Positions 61,843 through 64,000 of a DNA stretch of 64,000 nucleotides are shown here, in pieces. Numbering within the stretch: the first letter of the stretch is position 1; the number at the start of each line of letters is the position of its first letter. The translations under genes were made by a program, and so were the position numbers. A model generated the notes under the pieces. It was not told the origin of the DNA. It searched no databases and saw only the letters and a list, made by a program, of their open reading frames with translations. The stretch is taken from assembly GCF_001194135.2 (NCBI RefSeq), contig NC_068983.1, positions 28,247,033-28,311,032 on the forward strand, given 5' to 3'. This stretch comes from Octopus bimaculoides (Eukaryota).

Positions 61843-62993
61843 CATGCGCGCATGTGTGTGTGTGCGTGCATGCATGCATGTGTATGTGTGTGAGAGAAAG
61901 ACTGGATGTAAGTGAAAAATTAAAATTAAAATTACATTAACTTTTGTCATATACTCATGTTTTTCCCTCCATTTTTTTTTGTGCGCATCATTTTTTGTTT
62001 ATGCCTACTTGTTCATGCTTTCAGAGGTCAGATGGAATTCTTGTACAGCCTGGTTGACTATGCAGTCAATAAAATATAGTACAAATCGAGTTTTGGGTCA
62101 ATGTAATCAACTGTCTCTCTTCCCCACGAAAACTTCAGGTCTAGCAGTTATGACAGAAGAAATTATAATTAAGGGCAGTTGATTGACATATCTATCAGAA
62201 CTGTGGTCAAAATGTCTTGCAGTATTTGTTAATATACTGGAAGGACATCCAAGTGTAGAAAATATACTTCAATAAATTCCATATAATTTATGGAATCATG
62301 GAAAAGTGGACTGTTTTTGATGATAATAAGGACAATGATGATGTTGATGATACTAGCAGGAAGTGTGTGGTAGTGGGGTGACTGTGGTGTAAGACAGTTC
62401 TGTATTGCAATTTCATCTTCTCAAGAAGGGCTGCAGGCCACATTTAGCTCAAGCTTAATTGGGATTCAATATACGTTTTCAGCATACTTTCTATGTTCAA
62501 ATCTTACCAATTTCTATTTTATGTTTCATCCATTTGAGGCCCTGGTTCAATGTAATCAGCTAAACCCTTCACCATAAATTTTTGGCTTTTGCCTAAATTA
62601 GAAACAATTGTTATAGAAGTACTCTTTACTCACCTACTTTAATAAGAGAGTACACACAGCATACACAAAACACATAAATTTATACAATTTGCTTCATTGC
62701 ATTCTATTGTTCTGCACAGCAGAAATCTATGATGTTAGTAAAAATAAATGATGGCTTCAATTTAGCATGATTGACTTGGCTTCTTTAACATCTTACAAAT
62801 CACATCCCTTTGATGGGATGTTACCATATAAAGACACATTTGGTTGCATTTTGGCTTATATTTTCTTTATAAGTCAATAACAAGTTGGGCATTCAAAAAA
62901 ATATTATTCACTATTTTGTAGTTTAGGTGTTGAAATTTATTCAAAATTTGGTTTTTATGTAATTTTACTAATTTAGTTCAAATTTACAGCATG

Positions 62994-63024
<31 letters not shown>

Positions 63025-63503
63025 ATTAAGATATACAGCTCGTTAGCATCTTGGTTTGCAAAGAAATGCATTCATTTCTTTCAATCATTTTTACATTCGT
63101 TTTTCCATGCTAACACAAATTAGATGAATATGTATTATAGAGAAATTATTGAACAACTAGATACCCTTCCTGTGAATAATCCTTACTTGTTTTGCAAGTA
63201 AGGAATTTTTTTTTTTTCTTTTTTTTTTGATTCCATGTTTACCAAAACACAGAGCTTCTCTTTAACAGGAAATGTCAAAATTTCACAGCATGAAGCTCAC
63301 CATTTATGAATGTTTACATTTTGTGAAACTTTCCCATAGACACATATATGCCTAAAGAGACACATAAGCATATACACATATGCACATATGTCTGTATGTC
63401 ATTATTCAGTTTTATTTCAAGATGTCTTGCTGATAGAGGAGTTCGGTTTCAAACCTAGATCCACGGCTCCTTCATTAGAGTTTCAATATCAACAGAATAT
63501 ATA

Positions 63504-63912
63504 TACTCTTTACTCTTTTACTCTTTTCCTTGTTTCAGTCATTTGACTGTAGCCATGCTGGAGCACCGCCTTTAGTCGAGCAAATCGACCCCAGGACTTA
63601 TTCTTTGGAAGGCTGGTACTTATTCTATTGGTCTCTTTTGCTGAACCGCTAAGTTACGGGGACGTAAACACACCGGCATCGGTTGTCAAGCGATGTTGGG
63701 GGGACAAACACAGACACACACACATATATATATATATACATATATATACGACGGGCTTCTTTCAGTTTCCGTCTACCAAATCCACTCACAAGGCTTTGGT
63801 CGGGCCGAGGCTATAGTAGAAGACACTTGCCCAAGGTGCCACGCAGTGGGACTAATCCCAGAACCATGTGGTTGGTGAGCAAGCTACTTACCACACAGCC
63901 ACTCCTATGCCT
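63504..63912 (-). mobile_element. SINE family A, young (CpG-rich) copy
   Basis: Full head, body and tail with CpGs retained. Confidence 0.85.
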
Positions 63913-63935
63913 GTATGTATGTATGTATGTATGTA

Positions 63936-64000
63936 CAGGAGTTGGACAAAATAATGGAAACACCTAACATCATAATTTTGAAATATCTATAAAACCATCA
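63936..64000 (+). mobile_element. Start of a Tc1-like TIR, running off the window
   Basis: TA|CAGGAGTTGGACAAAATAATGGAAACACC after (TATG)n. Confidence 0.5.

Overview
This is eukaryotic, very AT-rich (roughly one-third GC by eye), microsatellite- and SINE-dense DNA with five N-gaps. The repeat families and sequence style look like a coleoid cephalopod (Octopus-like) short-read assembly; that assignment is inference, not a database result. Only one coding feature is well supported: a 161-nt minus-strand exon (38121-38281) encoding the end of a WW domain and the start of a PDZ domain of an FRMPD4/Preso-like gene. I did not find its flanking exons, so most of the window appears to be large introns. 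The rest is layered mobile DNA: several tRNA-headed SINE families, RTE-type LINE pieces, REL-endonuclease (R4/Dong-like) LINEs sitting in (TAA)n tracts, a decayed Tc1, TTAA-specific piggyBac-like MITEs, hAT MITEs, a Helentron-type element and Penelope-like remnants. Nearly all ORFs in the supplied track are artefacts of microsatellites, SINEs or N-runs. No CRISPR array, rRNA, genuine tRNA or prokaryotic operon is present. The most interesting observations are minimal type-I hammerhead ribozyme motifs, all in host pre-mRNA sense; a possible antisense spliced gene; a GC-rich multi-hairpin island; and a roughly 64-bp-arm foldback around a tRNA-like core. I do not see a clearly supported novel multi-gene system. 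Repeat boundaries are approximate (about +/-10-20 nt) unless a target-site duplication (TSD) is quoted.
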